Source of the DNA: Phyllobates terribilis
Taxonomy: Eukaryota
NCBI RefSeq assembly: GCF_046119375.1
Contig: NW_027362763.1
Coordinates: 220,224,001 to 220,288,000 of the forward strand
Direction of reading: 5' to 3'
DNA: 64,000 bases
Shown one piece after another: positions 36,342 to 48,310 of this stretch. Each line of letters opens with the position of its first letter. Positions within the stretch are counted from its first letter, which is position 1. A model generated the notes under the pieces. It was not told where the DNA came from and did not search any database. It worked only from the letters and a program-made list of their open reading frames with translations. The translations under genes and the position numbers were made by a program.

Positions 36342-36710
36342 ATGCTAACTTCTATTATCATCATCATGCTCCTCACCTTGGCACTCTCAGCTCCCCTGAT
36401 GGAGAAGCCAGGGCCCACCAGAGGAGTCTGGTTTTCTGGTGAGCTTGTCCAATGCTGCCCTAAAGCAGGCCAGGCTAAGAAAAGTGTGTGGGAAGGTGGC
36501 TGGAGAAATAGGGGCGGCTGGGGACCGTTTATGGACACCAGGCCGCCCTCAGGAGGCTGGGGCCCGTGTGTGGACACCCGGCTGCGGGGCAGCTGGGGAC
36601 CGAGTATGGACACCCAGCCTCCCCATGGGGGCAGGGGACCGAGCGTGGACATCTGGCCGCCGGGCGGCTGGGGACTGAGTATGGATACCTCGCTGTGTAA
36701 GCAGCCATGA
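36342..36710 (+). CDS. Hypothetical 122-aa ORF, signal-peptide-like N terminus plus GGWGP repeats (copy 3)
   Basis: MLTSIIIIMLLTLALS-AP...; same length as copy 2, 16 amino-acid differences by hand count; no evidence of expression. Confidence 0.3.
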   Translation: MLTSIIIIMLLTLALSAPLMEKPGPTRGVWFSGELVQCCPKAGQAKKSVWEGGWRNRGGWGPFMDTRPPSGGWGPCVDTRLRGSWGPSMDTQPPHGGRGPSVDIWPPGGWGLSMDTSLCKQP

Positions 36711-37616
36711 GGTAGTGGCCAGCTTCGGCCTCCTCCAAACTAAAAGGCCCAATTTCAAGTGCAAGCTAGCAGTATGGTATCGCAGCCTGCGGGTAGGTGG
36801 GTGGTAGGCTGCATATTTGCGCTTGCATTGCAAGGAATGGGCGAGGTACAATTGAACACTGCCCTGGGACAAGGACTTGCACGGGGATAGTTGCAAGTCT
36901 GCATCTTCTGATGCGCAAGGATCACTTCTGATGGGCACACTTTTAGGCAGTGACCTTGGTATCAGAGATGCTTCCAGGGGTCTTCCCCATGCTGTTCCCA
37001 TGTCTTTTCAGCACTGTATGCATGTGTCACACAGCACATGGCCAGATAAAGTTGTAAAATGTTAAAATTACATTTCCCGGTGAATGCATTTGTCACGGTT
37101 GAAAGCAATACAAAAGTGCAAAAACGCAAAAGAAATGCTACTTGTGAACCTAGCCCAAGGTGTAGAGGAGTATTTTTGTTTTTGGTTATTTATTTTACCT
37201 TATACACACGTCTTTACCCTGGAAAGGAAATTCCTTAACATATTTCACAGGAAAACCGTTTCAGTTTCGTTTTTGAACGTTTTATTGTGAGCCCGTAAAA
37301 GTGGCTTAATATCTCTGACCACATTGTTGACAGCAGTGACCTGGAGGTCATAAATGCTTCCTGGGGCGATCCCCATGCTGTCCCCATGTCTTTTGAGCAC
37401 TGTCACTATCGTTTTGGGCACATTTTAGGCTTTTTACAGACTGCCGGGGGTGCCGCCACAAAAATGCTCGGGTCTCCCATAGACTAACATTGGGCTCGTT
37501 GCTCGGGTCGAGCATCCGAGTATCACGGTGAGCTCGGCCCAAGATTCGAGCACCCGAGCATTTTAGTGCTCACTCAACACTACTAATATAGTATAGATTT
37601 TTTATTTTTTGAGGGT

Positions 37617-40498
37617 TCATGTTAACCTCATTTTAGAAAGTCAACTACAGCTTCCACTGCCTTTGCCGTGTTTCAGCAGCGTTTGCAGCTTCCGGCTCAC
37701 AGACTGGTGTGTGATGTCCCCACGTGTTGGAACTCTACACTACAGATGTTGGGAAGGATTCGTGAGCAGAAGAGGGCCGTTGTTGAGTACCAGCATCAAC
37801 AAGGCCATCGGTATTCAGTTCAGACTCCACACATAAGACCTACCTCAGAAATGAACATGGATGTCAGACATATGTACCATCCTCCACCAAGATGGTGAGC
37901 GGCGATGAAGCCATAATTAGCGTCACCATCCCTCTTCTCTGTCTCCTGAAATGCTCTCTGCTCACAATCAAAGAGGATGCATTGCAGGCGGAGCATAATG
38001 AGATGGAGCAAAGAACCATACAGGGTGATTACACACAGCCCAGCCTTATCTCATCCCAACGTGGATTGGGTGACACGAGGAAGAGGAGGAGGAGGAAGAA
38101 CATGAGCTAGTTTCATGTGCTATAGACGGTACTACCTGCACAACTGTCATACCGTCTGTTCAGCGTGGATGGTCTGAGGACAGAGAGTAGGAGGAGGAGA
38201 GCATGGTCAGTCGTCCTCTTGGTGAGGACATGGAAGTCTTGCCTGTTAGCAGTCTGGTACACATGGCTGAGTTTATGTTACGCTGCCTTTCCCATGACCC
38301 TCGCGTTCTCAAAATTTGGGTGACAGTCATTACTGGTTGGTGACACTTCTAGACCCACGCTATAAGGAGAACTGTATATCTCTTATTCCTGAGGAGGATA
38401 GGTCTACAAAAATGGGGCAATGGGGCAGTACCAGAAGGCCCTTGTTGCAGAAATATTAAAAAAATTCCCATCTGAAAACGCTGGCGACAGAGGTCACAGT
38501 TCGTTGGACAACCAAGGACTACAGGCGAGAGAGACACAACTCCAATCCAGCAGAGGCAGGGGAACACAATCAAATTTCTGGGTGAATTTTCTCAGCCCCT
38601 CCCATCGCATAGCACCTGAGGTGTGGGGTACTCATACAAGGAGTGTAAAGTTTGGGAAGATTCTGAGGGAGTACCTTGCCGACCGTACCAACATCCTCCG
38701 TGATTCCTCTGTGCCTTATAATTATTGGGTATCCAAGCTGGATACGTTGAATGAACTCGCTCGCTACGCCTTGGAGGTCCTGGCCTGCCCTGCCGCTAGC
38801 ATTTTATCAGAGCAGGTTTTTAGTGCCGCTGCTGGAATTATAACTGATAAGCGCATCTTCCTGTCAACTGAAAATGCTGACAGGCTAACTCTTATAAAAA
38901 TGAGCAAGGGCTGGATTGGGCAAGACTTCTGAACACCACCGAATGATAGCAGGGTAACATAAACTCAAATCCAGTGTCTTTTTTTGGGAGGTGTATTCCC
39001 ATGCACCTTTTCACACCCACACATGGGTATACGCTTCCTGATTTTGGCTATTTTCTCTTGTCCTCCTCCGTCTACTCATCCTCATCCTCTACCACCATTG
39101 TCACCAGGGTGACCGTGGTCCGTGATGCAATACCCACATAATTTTTTTAAAGGATGGTTATGATGCCCGTAAAAAAAAAAAATTCATACAGTATGTTCAT
39201 GTATATCCCCCAGGGGTAAATGTTTGTCAGCCCATACACTTAGTGCATTGGCATTACAAGTATAGGAGACCCGCTTATTTCTATTGGGAACATTTATTTA
39301 GCAGCCCTTGCATTCACTGCATAGGCAAACACTATGGGAGACCCACTTCCTAATAATTGGAACATTGTTTTCAGGAGGCCCTCTGACTTCCACGTCTCTT
39401 CCAAGGCGCATTGAAGGGCCTCCAAATTTTTGGTAACCCTTGCATTCACTGCATAGGCTAACACAATGTGAGACCCACTTCCTGATAATGGGAACATTGT
39501 TTTCAGGAGGCCCTCCTCTACGTCTCTTCCATGGGGCATTGGAGTAGGTCCAAATTTTTGGCAGCCCTTGCATTCACTGCATTGGCAAACAGTATGGGAG
39601 ACCCACTTCCTAATAATGGGAACATTGTTTTCAGGAGGCCCTCCTCTAAGTCTCTTCAAAGGGGTATTGGGGTGCGTCCAAATTTTCAAAGGGGTATTAG
39701 GGTGCGTTCAAATTTTTTGGAAGCCCTGCCACTGACTGCATACGCAATAACAGCATAGGAGACCCACTCTTTAGTAATGGGAACAACAAAGCATAGCCGG
39801 CTTATGGATCACTAAGAATAGTGAGGGCCGACTGCTGGCCCTTTAAGTATAGTAAAGGCCACGTGATGGCCCTATAAAAATAGTCTTTGTGACTTTCAGA
39901 GTCCCTCCTTCATAAAAGAAACAGGATGTGTCTTATCATGTCTCACACACCACATGGCCAGATAAGGTTGTAAAATGTTAAAATGACATTTCCCGGTGAA
40001 TGCATTTGTCACAGTTAAAAGCAATACAAAAGTGCAAAAATGCAACAAAAACTCTATGTGTGAACATAGCCTATGGTGTGGAGGAGTATTTTTGCTTTTG
40101 GTTATTTATTTTGCCTTATATACAAGTGATTACCCTGGAAATGATGTTCCTTAACATATTTCCCAAGAAAATACATTTTGGTTTAGTTTTTGTATGTTTT
40201 TGTGAGTCCATAAAAGTGGCGTAATACCTCTGACAACATTGTTGACAGCAGTGACCTGGAAGTCAGAAATGCTTCCAGGGGTCTTCCCCATGCTGTTCCC
40301 ATTCCATTTGAGCACTGTTCCCATCGATTTGGGCAATTTTTAGGCCCTCTGCAGACGGCCGTGGGAAGCCGCCTGAAAAATGCTCCAGTTTCCCATAGAC
40401 TTACATTGGGCTCGTTGCTCAGGTCGAGCACAAGAGTATTCCAATGTGCTCGACCCGAGCAACGAGCACCCAAGCATTTTAGTGCTCTCCCATCACTA
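37617..40498 (+). mobile_element. 5'-truncated hAT element: C-terminal transposase remnant (~37640-38960), ~118-bp repeats (39295-39785) and right end
   Basis: RLVCDVPTCWNS, ALEVLACPAASILSEQVFS; right end ..CCCATCACTA at 40498; last ~550 bp parallel 36950-37582. Confidence 0.88.
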
Positions 40499-42122
40499 AT
40501 GCACACCCATACATGTCTATTGTTGCATGTAAAACATTGGACTACACTCAGATGTTATCAAAGTGCAATCCGATTTACGAGAACAGAAACAGTGGAGAAG
40601 ATCGAAAAATTAAGTTGCTAAATAAACGTTTGGCTACCACTGATTACAATTCGTTTTTCCCTAGCCATATATGTTCCTTGGACATTAATAAGGCTGTGTT
40701 TGCTTTAAAGAGCTCAAACGGGATTTAATACAGTCCTAGGGGAACTCCAAATGTTATACTTTTATTTTCAGGGCAATTAGAGGCATTGCGATATTGCAGC
40801 AAATTTATTATTGGCAAATCCTATTTTCAGGGAAAAAATGGCGAAGCTAGCAAACTCAAATTTCAAAAGATCCCCCCATCTCTAATATTTAACTGGAAAA
40901 AGAACTTTTCATGCACAATATTGCTATCAAAACGATGGACCTCCATTAAAAGTAAATGTAGTCTGTTAGGCACTGCTAGTGCCTATCATGTGACAGATTC
41001 AGCCAAGAGTGTTGGCTTCTGGGACTACAAGTATTTCTTTAGCTCACAAACAAGGCAATCATTTACATATGTTTTATACTGAGAAATAGACTTTATTAAG
41101 AGCATATGTGGTAATGGGAAAACCCCTTTAAGACTGAGGTGATTTAATTTTATTCTCTACTTTTTTGTGTGTCACCATTTTGATCATAATTACATGTTCT
41201 AAGGTACTAAATAATCTAACAGTGTTGGTTTGAAGCTCTTAATAATTCCTTATATAAAAATAAATTATATGCCTAGGTTTTAAAGATTTTTTCTTGAGAT
41301 TGTCAATACTTTGCCTATATTTATTGAACAGAAGTATTTAAAATGTAAAACATTTATTTTACAGAAAATGTAGTAATGTGTGATTTTACAAGGCTGTTGC
41401 CAACGATATACAGACTGCAGGATTCTAGAGTAATGGTCGGTTCATGAGAATGTATCACATCTTCATTTAGGAGTCATAAAGTTATAATGAAGGACACGAT
41501 TTACAAAGAAGACTTTGGAAAATACTTTAGAAAAGACTTTCTTGATCTCACAGGACAGGGTCTCAGCTGCAATACATTTGTGTGAAAACTGCTTTAAAGA
41601 GAGTCTGCACCTTTTGACACCATGTCATTTTCAGCTCCAACATTCTCTGCTGGTTATTTCTTATTATATCTATATGGCAATGTAATCTCTATTTTTCGGT
41701 AGAGGTAAATGATAATGCTCTACTTGCCTACCTAGTGGAGTATGCATATCATTTTATTATTGAGTTCAATACATACAGTGTATGCAGTAGCCTCCTTAGC
41801 TCCCCCTAATGGCTAAAAGAAGCCTTAATTTTATCATTTACTTTACATATATGCAAAGAATTTGAAGCTGTGCATCACAAACACAAAGCTACAACCAGGT
41901 CTGCTTAGCAAAAAAGAATGCACTGACTCCCATTGGCAAGTCTCTAGAGCAGATCTCTGAATGGATTATGCACTAAACTACATCACTAAAGTTAAATCAT
42001 CAATTTTAAGAGTTTGTGTAATCCAGATCAAGATAAAGACAATGTTTGATTTACCTAGTGAAAAACCTGACCAGCAACTCCTAAGTTTGAACAGATGCAA
42101 GCTGCAGTAACTGCATAATATA

Positions 42123-42558
42123 CAAAAAGAAAGCGCAACAGCACTCTGTGAGGGCCAAGCTACATGAAAACAATGAAAACATTGAATCTAAACTGTATTG
42201 TTACTCAGTAAGCTATACTTACAAAAACTATACTTACTTCTACCACTCATTTAAATATTAGGCGTTTTAGCCTGGGAGAGACATGTTTGTCCGTTCAGTT
42301 GTAGGCTTGTAGCCCAAAAGTGGCATGTATGGTAGATTAGGAATAGCCCAAAAAGGGCATGCAGGGTAGATCAGGGCCCATCAGGGGAGGTCACCTTGCC
42401 GTGGTTGATGGGCACACATGAATTGGCCAATTTATGCTCTAAGAACCTTCGTTTTTTGTAAATATAACTTACTGAGTAACAATACAGTATGAATTCAATG
42501 TTTTCATTGTTTTCATGTAGCTTGGCCCTCACACAGTGCTGCTGCACTTTTGTTTTTG
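42123..42558. repeat. Foldback element with ~105-bp inverted repeats
   Basis: CAGCACTCTGTGAGGGCCAAGCTACATGAAAACAATGAAAACATTGAAT..TTACTCAGTAAG (42123-42228) is matched in reverse complement at ~42451-42558. Confidence 0.8.
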
Positions 42559-42631
42559 TTTGATTTACCATATTGGTGATGGAGACAATTTTGAGATTAA
42601 TGACATAACCTGATTTTTCAAATTTGATATA

Positions 42632-43050
42632 CAGGGTGGGCCATTTATATGGATACACATAAATTAAATGGGAATGGTTGGTGATATCAACTTCCTATTT
42701 GTGGCACAATAGAATATGGGAGGGGGAAAACTTTTCCAGATGGTTGGTGACCATGGCGGCCATTTTGATGTAGGCCATTTTGGATCCAAATTTATTTTTT
42801 TTAATGGGAGGGTCCTGTGACACATCAAACTTATTGAGAATTTCATAAGAAAAACAATGGTGTGCTTGGTTTTAAAGTAACTTTATTCTTTCATGAGTTT
42901 TTTACAAGTTTATGACCACTTATAAAATCTGTTAAGTGCTGCACGTTGTGTTGGATTGTCAATGCAACCCTCTTCTCCCACTCTTGACACACTGATAGCA
43001 ACACCGCAGAAGAAATGCTAGCACAGGCTTCCTGTATCCATTGTTTCAGC
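42632..43050. mobile_element. Tc1/mariner-type element end fragment
   Basis: TA followed by CAGGGTGGGCCATTTATATGGATACAC, a typical Tc1/mariner-like terminus; no second end seen. Confidence 0.55.
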
Positions 43051-43419
43051 TGCGAAACATCAGAAAGAGTGAGAGGACACTGCTAACAATTAGAGCTTAT
43101 GCTCTACTGGGGAGAGATAGAGTAAGAGAGAGAGAACCCTGCGGAACACAAAAGCTTACACACTGTATGAAAGAGAGACTTATTTAGTGACTCTGGAAAT
43201 GGAAAATGAAACTGTGCTCTATTGCGAACCACTGTAAGTGAAAGTGACTCAATTCTGTACCCATTGGTGATTCACAGAACTTTAAAACAATTAGACATAA
43301 AAATTATAAATTATGTTTTTTTCCAGTTAAACATTCTTTTAGCCCCAAGCTTGGACCTCATAATTTATTACACAATTTCTCCTGAATGCAATAACTCCCT
43401 ATATTTAGTCAAAAGATTG

Positions 43420-44350
43420 TGAAGGCCATGTCGCAGTTGCAGAGCCTTTGAGTTTCCAAAACAGCAGAAAAGCCCCACAAGTGACCCAATTGTGGAAACT
43501 AGACCCCTCAAGGACTTCATTTAGGGATGTTTTGAGAATTTTTAACCCTTAGCTGCTTCTTAGGACTTTTGTAACATTTGTAAATGAAAAAAAAATGTTT
43601 TTCTGATAAAATGTTGTTTTAGCTTGAAGTTTGTAATTTTCACAAGCGATAATAGGAGAAAATAGACATCACAGTTTATTGTAAAAATTCTCTTGAATAC
43701 AGCAATAACTTATTTGTGGTCAAAAACTAACGTTTCAGCACATGATAGAGGTCAGTAAGAATTTTTGGACCACATGGTTGACTGGCACAGATTGAGGTTG
43801 CCATGTCTCATTTGGACAGCCCCTAACATCCTAAAAATAGCGGAATCCCCTATAAGTGATGCCATGCTGGAAACAAAACCTTACATGGGATTAACCTAGG
43901 AGTGTGAGCATTTCGAACAATGAGGTGCTTCACATAACTTTATAATATTTTGATGTGAATATGAAAAATATTTTTTTTTCTAGTTAAATGTTTCTTTAGT
44001 ACCAAATTTGTAATTTTCACACAGAGTAATATAACAAAATGGACACAACATTTAGTAATACAATTTCTTCAAACACAGTGAAACTCCATATCTGCTCAAC
44101 AACTATTTATGGGGCAAATAGCAGGACTCTGAAAGCAAAGAACATTATTTGATTTTTGGAGCACAAATTTACATACCATGTTGCATTTGTAGAATCACTG
44201 AGGTGCTAAAAGAAAACAGAAACAAACACCCCATTTTGGAAACTCCACAAGGATTAGTCTAGGGGAATGATGTGCATTTTTAAATCACAAACTATATTAC
44301 AGAACTTTATAAGATTTGTCAGTGAAAATGAAAACATTTAGGTTTTTCCA
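43420..44350. mobile_element. Internal fragments of the piggyBac-like non-autonomous family
   Basis: CCCCACAAGTGACCC..TTGGAAACTAGACCCCTCAAGG units, the reverse complement of units in 18800-19650. Confidence 0.6.
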
Positions 44351-44849
44351 CTAAAATGTTATTATCTCTCTCTCCTGTATTGTGTATGCTTATGGCCAGG
44401 GGAGATCTCGCTTTCCTGTTGAGTGTAAGCTCTTATGATCAGCAGGGTCCTTTATTCAACTCCTATAGAGTGTTAGATCTTAGAGTTAATGTGGTCCTCT
44501 TGCCTGTACAGTGTAAACTTTACTGGTCAGCAGGGTTCTCTCTCTCACCTTTCCCCTCATGTAGTTTTTGAGCAACTACAAGCTTTCCAGTATTGAGATT
44601 TGCACAAATTTATTTGCCGTAAATAGCATTTTTGGGGAAAATTCAGCAAAGTCAGCTAATTTGAATTTTAAAAGATCCGCTCATCTATATTGCTATGCAA
44701 AGTTCAAATATGACATGGGCGATGTGCAGAAAAAAAACTATCATAACAATATGGTTTCCACTAGCAACAGGAGTGCTATCACTGGTAGTGCTACCTTGAA
44801 CCATCCCAGCAGTAGTAGTACCAAATTAAAAGCACATATGGCCTCGTTT

Positions 44850-46870
44850 GCAAGCATCTGAAAATGCATTATCCGGGTGGAAGCGGAGAGCATAATGGAC
44901 TTTATGTCCCATCCTTCATCTCCACCCAACATTTAAGAGACTGCATATCTAAGCACAAGTCGACTATTCGTTGCAGGAACCTGATGCTGCCCGTTCCACA
45001 ACACTTTCACAGTGCGGGTCATACTGTAGCCCAACTTAAGTATCAGGTCATTGAACAGATCAGTCAGACAAGACGTAGAGGTGACCTCCACTTACTACTA
45101 AAAAAATGAGAGGCATACTGGATTCATGAACCCCAGGCATTGACACAGAGAAGTTTAAATAGGGATTATTACCTTCAAGTGTTCCTATAATTAAACTATT
45201 CATTTTCCCAATACATCTTTACCTAGACCTGACCCTATAAGTTACTCCTGAGACTCTTTGCATACATTTCACTGACGTTTTTGTGATTCTTGTATTTTTT
45301 TTTTTTAATTCTTTACATTTTCGCATATTTTGTCCTTTTATACCATAATGGTTCATTGCTTAACAGTGAGATTTGTACCTCGATGATTGTATTATATGAC
45401 GCTTATCAAGAAAATTAAGTCTTTTTTACTAGCCCCCAATCCTCTCCTTTGAGACATGTGAGTATATCATGTTATCTCTTGTACAAATTTTATTATTATA
45501 TATCTATCCTTGGGACAAATGTAATTGTGGATTTGTAACGATAGCACAGATATCTAACATATCTTTTTTATTTTAGACACAAAACCAATAATTTTCCAGA
45601 TCTGAAAGTGGCTTTTTATGGGGGCACCAACCTGGAACGGATACCACATCACTCCTTCTAGATTGTCTGTAATTTATACTCTATGCATCTAACCGGACCT
45701 GGTCCTCGATCCTTGTACCTTTATTTTCTCTAAATCCATAGCTCCTGCACACTGGACCAGATCTGATTCTGTCTGTGCTGCACTGACAATCGCTTAACAT
45801 TGGTATATCTTGCACTGCTCCTGGACTTTCAGCCATGCCTCTGGATAGATGTCATTCAGATGGCCCTGTTCCTTTATCCAATTGCGGCTAACCATGCCCC
45901 TCTCAACCTGATCAATCCACTGTTCTCACTCCATATGCGTCCATCTGCGCCCACTTACATCCAATTGGCTGACACATCACATGCCCCCAGTCAACCCGGG
46001 TCATTTAAACCCAGGCTTCACTAATCTCTGCAGGGCTTCCTGTCTGAGTGATGGAGTCCGCCGACATGCACCCAGCACTGTTGTAAGCAGCAGTTCACTA
46101 TCCAGAGGGTATGTATATGAAACTGTTTTACCGCACACCACTTGTCCCTGTGCACTATCTGATTAATAGTAAAGTACAGTTGGCCTTATCACAACATCAT
46201 TTGTGTATGTTCTGTCTTAGCTAGTGCTTTTCTAATGGGGCGCCATTCAATCTAGTATGTTAACACCTTCACTACCTGCACCATACTTATAATAACACAG
46301 TCACATCTCTCTTTTTCCTCTCACTGGGGATTTGGTCGCATCAGCTTATATATTCTCTGATCCTTAACTTCTTTTTTATTCCTTGTCTTTTTTTCTCTCC
46401 TTTTTTTCTTACTTTCTTATCAGTATGTTTTATTTTTATTTTTATTTTTAGATTTTCTCCACTTTATTCCTTTTCCAAAGTTTCCCCTCTGGTCTATTTT
46501 CTTTTTCTCCTATTTGGCTTGACTGCCTGCTTCCCTTTTTTTTCCTATAACCCTATCACTTTTCCTCAATGAATTATTAATTATTTTCTCCTAACTTCTT
46601 TGCCCCTCTATTTACCCCATAGGACTAGAAATAACATGATTTGGGAGTATTGTATCCTTTATATTACTAAACTGATATTTTTTTTAATTCCTTTTTTGCA
46701 ATGACTATTATATGACCGATGTAAATGTTGCAAATTTTGTTCTATTCTGTTTTTCACATAATATGTACTTTATTATCTTTGTAGACTGATGAAGGTCTTG
46801 TTTTAACCAAAACGTTTCTTATTATTTTCTGGATTTTCAACAACAAATAAATTTATTCTGAACACATTTC
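44850..46870 (+). mobile_element. Penelope-like element 3' part: GIY-YIG endonuclease C-terminal fragment (44864-45200) and terminal repeat
   Basis: LRDCISKHKSTIR..VPQHF..GHTVAQLKYQVIEQI..RRGD..LL..EAYWI; ends with CTGATGAAGG..AAAACG and AATAAA. Confidence 0.7.
46786..46817 (+). ncRNA. Degenerate hammerhead-ribozyme-like motif
   Basis: CTGATGA-AGGT..AACC-AAAACGTT; the GAAA core reads AAAA, so probably inactive. Confidence 0.4.
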
Positions 46871-48310
46871 ATGAGTGCCAAGTGTCTTTGGTAATTTATC
46901 CTTCATCTCAATCACAGCAGAATGAGGTAGCCTCTGACAGGGATACCATCAACTGGAGTCAACATTCTTCTCAGTCCACCTCCTCTGCCATTAATATTGT
47001 ACATAGCAGAGTATCCAATCGGTCAATGACAGCTGTTTCTATTTTACCCCAAAAGTCTTATAATCCACAACACGTTATGGCTAAGAGAGAGAGTTCACGA
47101 GAAAAACTTCTTCCATATTATATTTTGGAAGCCATGCACAATAAGCCTTTGTTCTCAGAAAACATGTTGCTAGAGTAGATGAACATCAAAATTCTAATGC
47201 CAATCTTTGCACTGTTGTAGTAGGGACATTGTCAGTGATAATAGTACTCTGAGCTAAGGCAAACCTCAGGGTGAAAACCAACTGGTGGGGAGACAAGGAA
47301 CACTGGCCATTTCACACACAAAGGCATCTGTCAGTTGAATCATGGATGACAACAAAAATGATGATGATTCCATGTTGGACAAAAACCTGCACATCAGCTA
47401 AACATGATGACAATGAGTTTGGGTCATCAAAAAGGAGGTTTCCTGCATGGGTGATACTCAGCGCAGGCAAGGTGCATGAAAAACATTCTCTTAAACCATA
47501 TCGGCTTTTCCTGCGGTTAGCTGTAGAGAAGTAGTACCGCATGCACTTTTGGTGGAGGATGCTTTAAAGTTCGGTGGCAGCAAGTCATACCTTCAGGCTT
47601 CTTGTTTGCTGCAGCCAGATGATTCTTTGGCACTCTACAGGCTTTCCAAGCGGAAAATAAGCCATGGACGTCCTCACTCTTATAGAATAGATAATGTGAC
47701 TCTCCATCAGCATTTGACGTGACATCACTTGCCCATTTAGCAAAAGTCAAACAGGCCAGTAAATAGAGCAAGCCTGAAGTCGTTATTCACGGCTTTCCTT
47801 TCTGTCAACCTAGTCACAGTCTTGGGTAGCACCTGTTTTGAGTCATCATCATCATCACCCTCCTGTCGTATGCCAAGTACACCTTCTTTTTTTTCATTGA
47901 GGCAAATATCCATTGCTTATTTTGTGTTGAGGAAACAGACATATGCTTTCAATTTGGACTTCATTTGGTTACTGTTCCAGTGGTGACTTTCTTATGAATG
48001 CACACAACTGTGGTCAACCACACATTTTGTTTGCTTGAAAGATATCCAAAATGAAGAGACGTTGCCGAAACAGAGGCCAGAAAGAGTCCTTCTGCCTCCA
48101 TTATAGTTAGTGGTTCCATAGAGGATTTTGTCTGAATTATATTTTTGGGGGTAATTTACTTGAAAACCATAAGTGCTCATGGTAGGGTACAGTACAAATA
48201 TGAACCAAGTCTTATTCTGACTTTTGTAATTTAGAACCTCAATAATTGTTTTTAAATCTTTTTATGCAATTGAATAAGTTGCAAAATTTCTTTATTCTTT
48301 GGATCAGTAC

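Larger units (their letters stand above)
34590..36920 (-). repeat. Scrambled, tandemly repeated antisense hAT transposase fragments (~501-bp higher-order unit plus GGCGGCTGGGGAC minisatellite)
   Basis: Minus-strand translations SQGSVQLHLSHSLQCKHKYSA, LALEMGPFSLEEAEAGHYLMAASAARYPYSVPSR and AHILPPPRIAG parallel transposase segments SVQLSISQSFERKQKFAA, LALEMLPFRLVETESFRNLMAVAIPRYSVPSR and EHIHPTPRIAG. Confidence 0.85.
24573..37582 (+). mobile_element. Large hAT DNA transposon (13,010 bp), transposase disrupted
   Basis: TIRs TAGTGTTGAGCG / (C)ACTCAACACTA; TSD CTAATAAA / CTAATATA (7 of 8); CTCG/CGAG-rich subterminal repeats. Confidence 0.92.

Noticed and set aside
35841-36710. Canonical frog skin antimicrobial peptide precursor
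   Set aside because: No acidic spacer plus KR architecture or conserved MFTLKK/MAFLKK-type signal, and the sequence is explained as antisense transposase DNA.
46880-47900. Possible ancient transposase or host exon remnant
   Set aside because: Coding-like composition, but no convincing motif or splice-bounded open frame.
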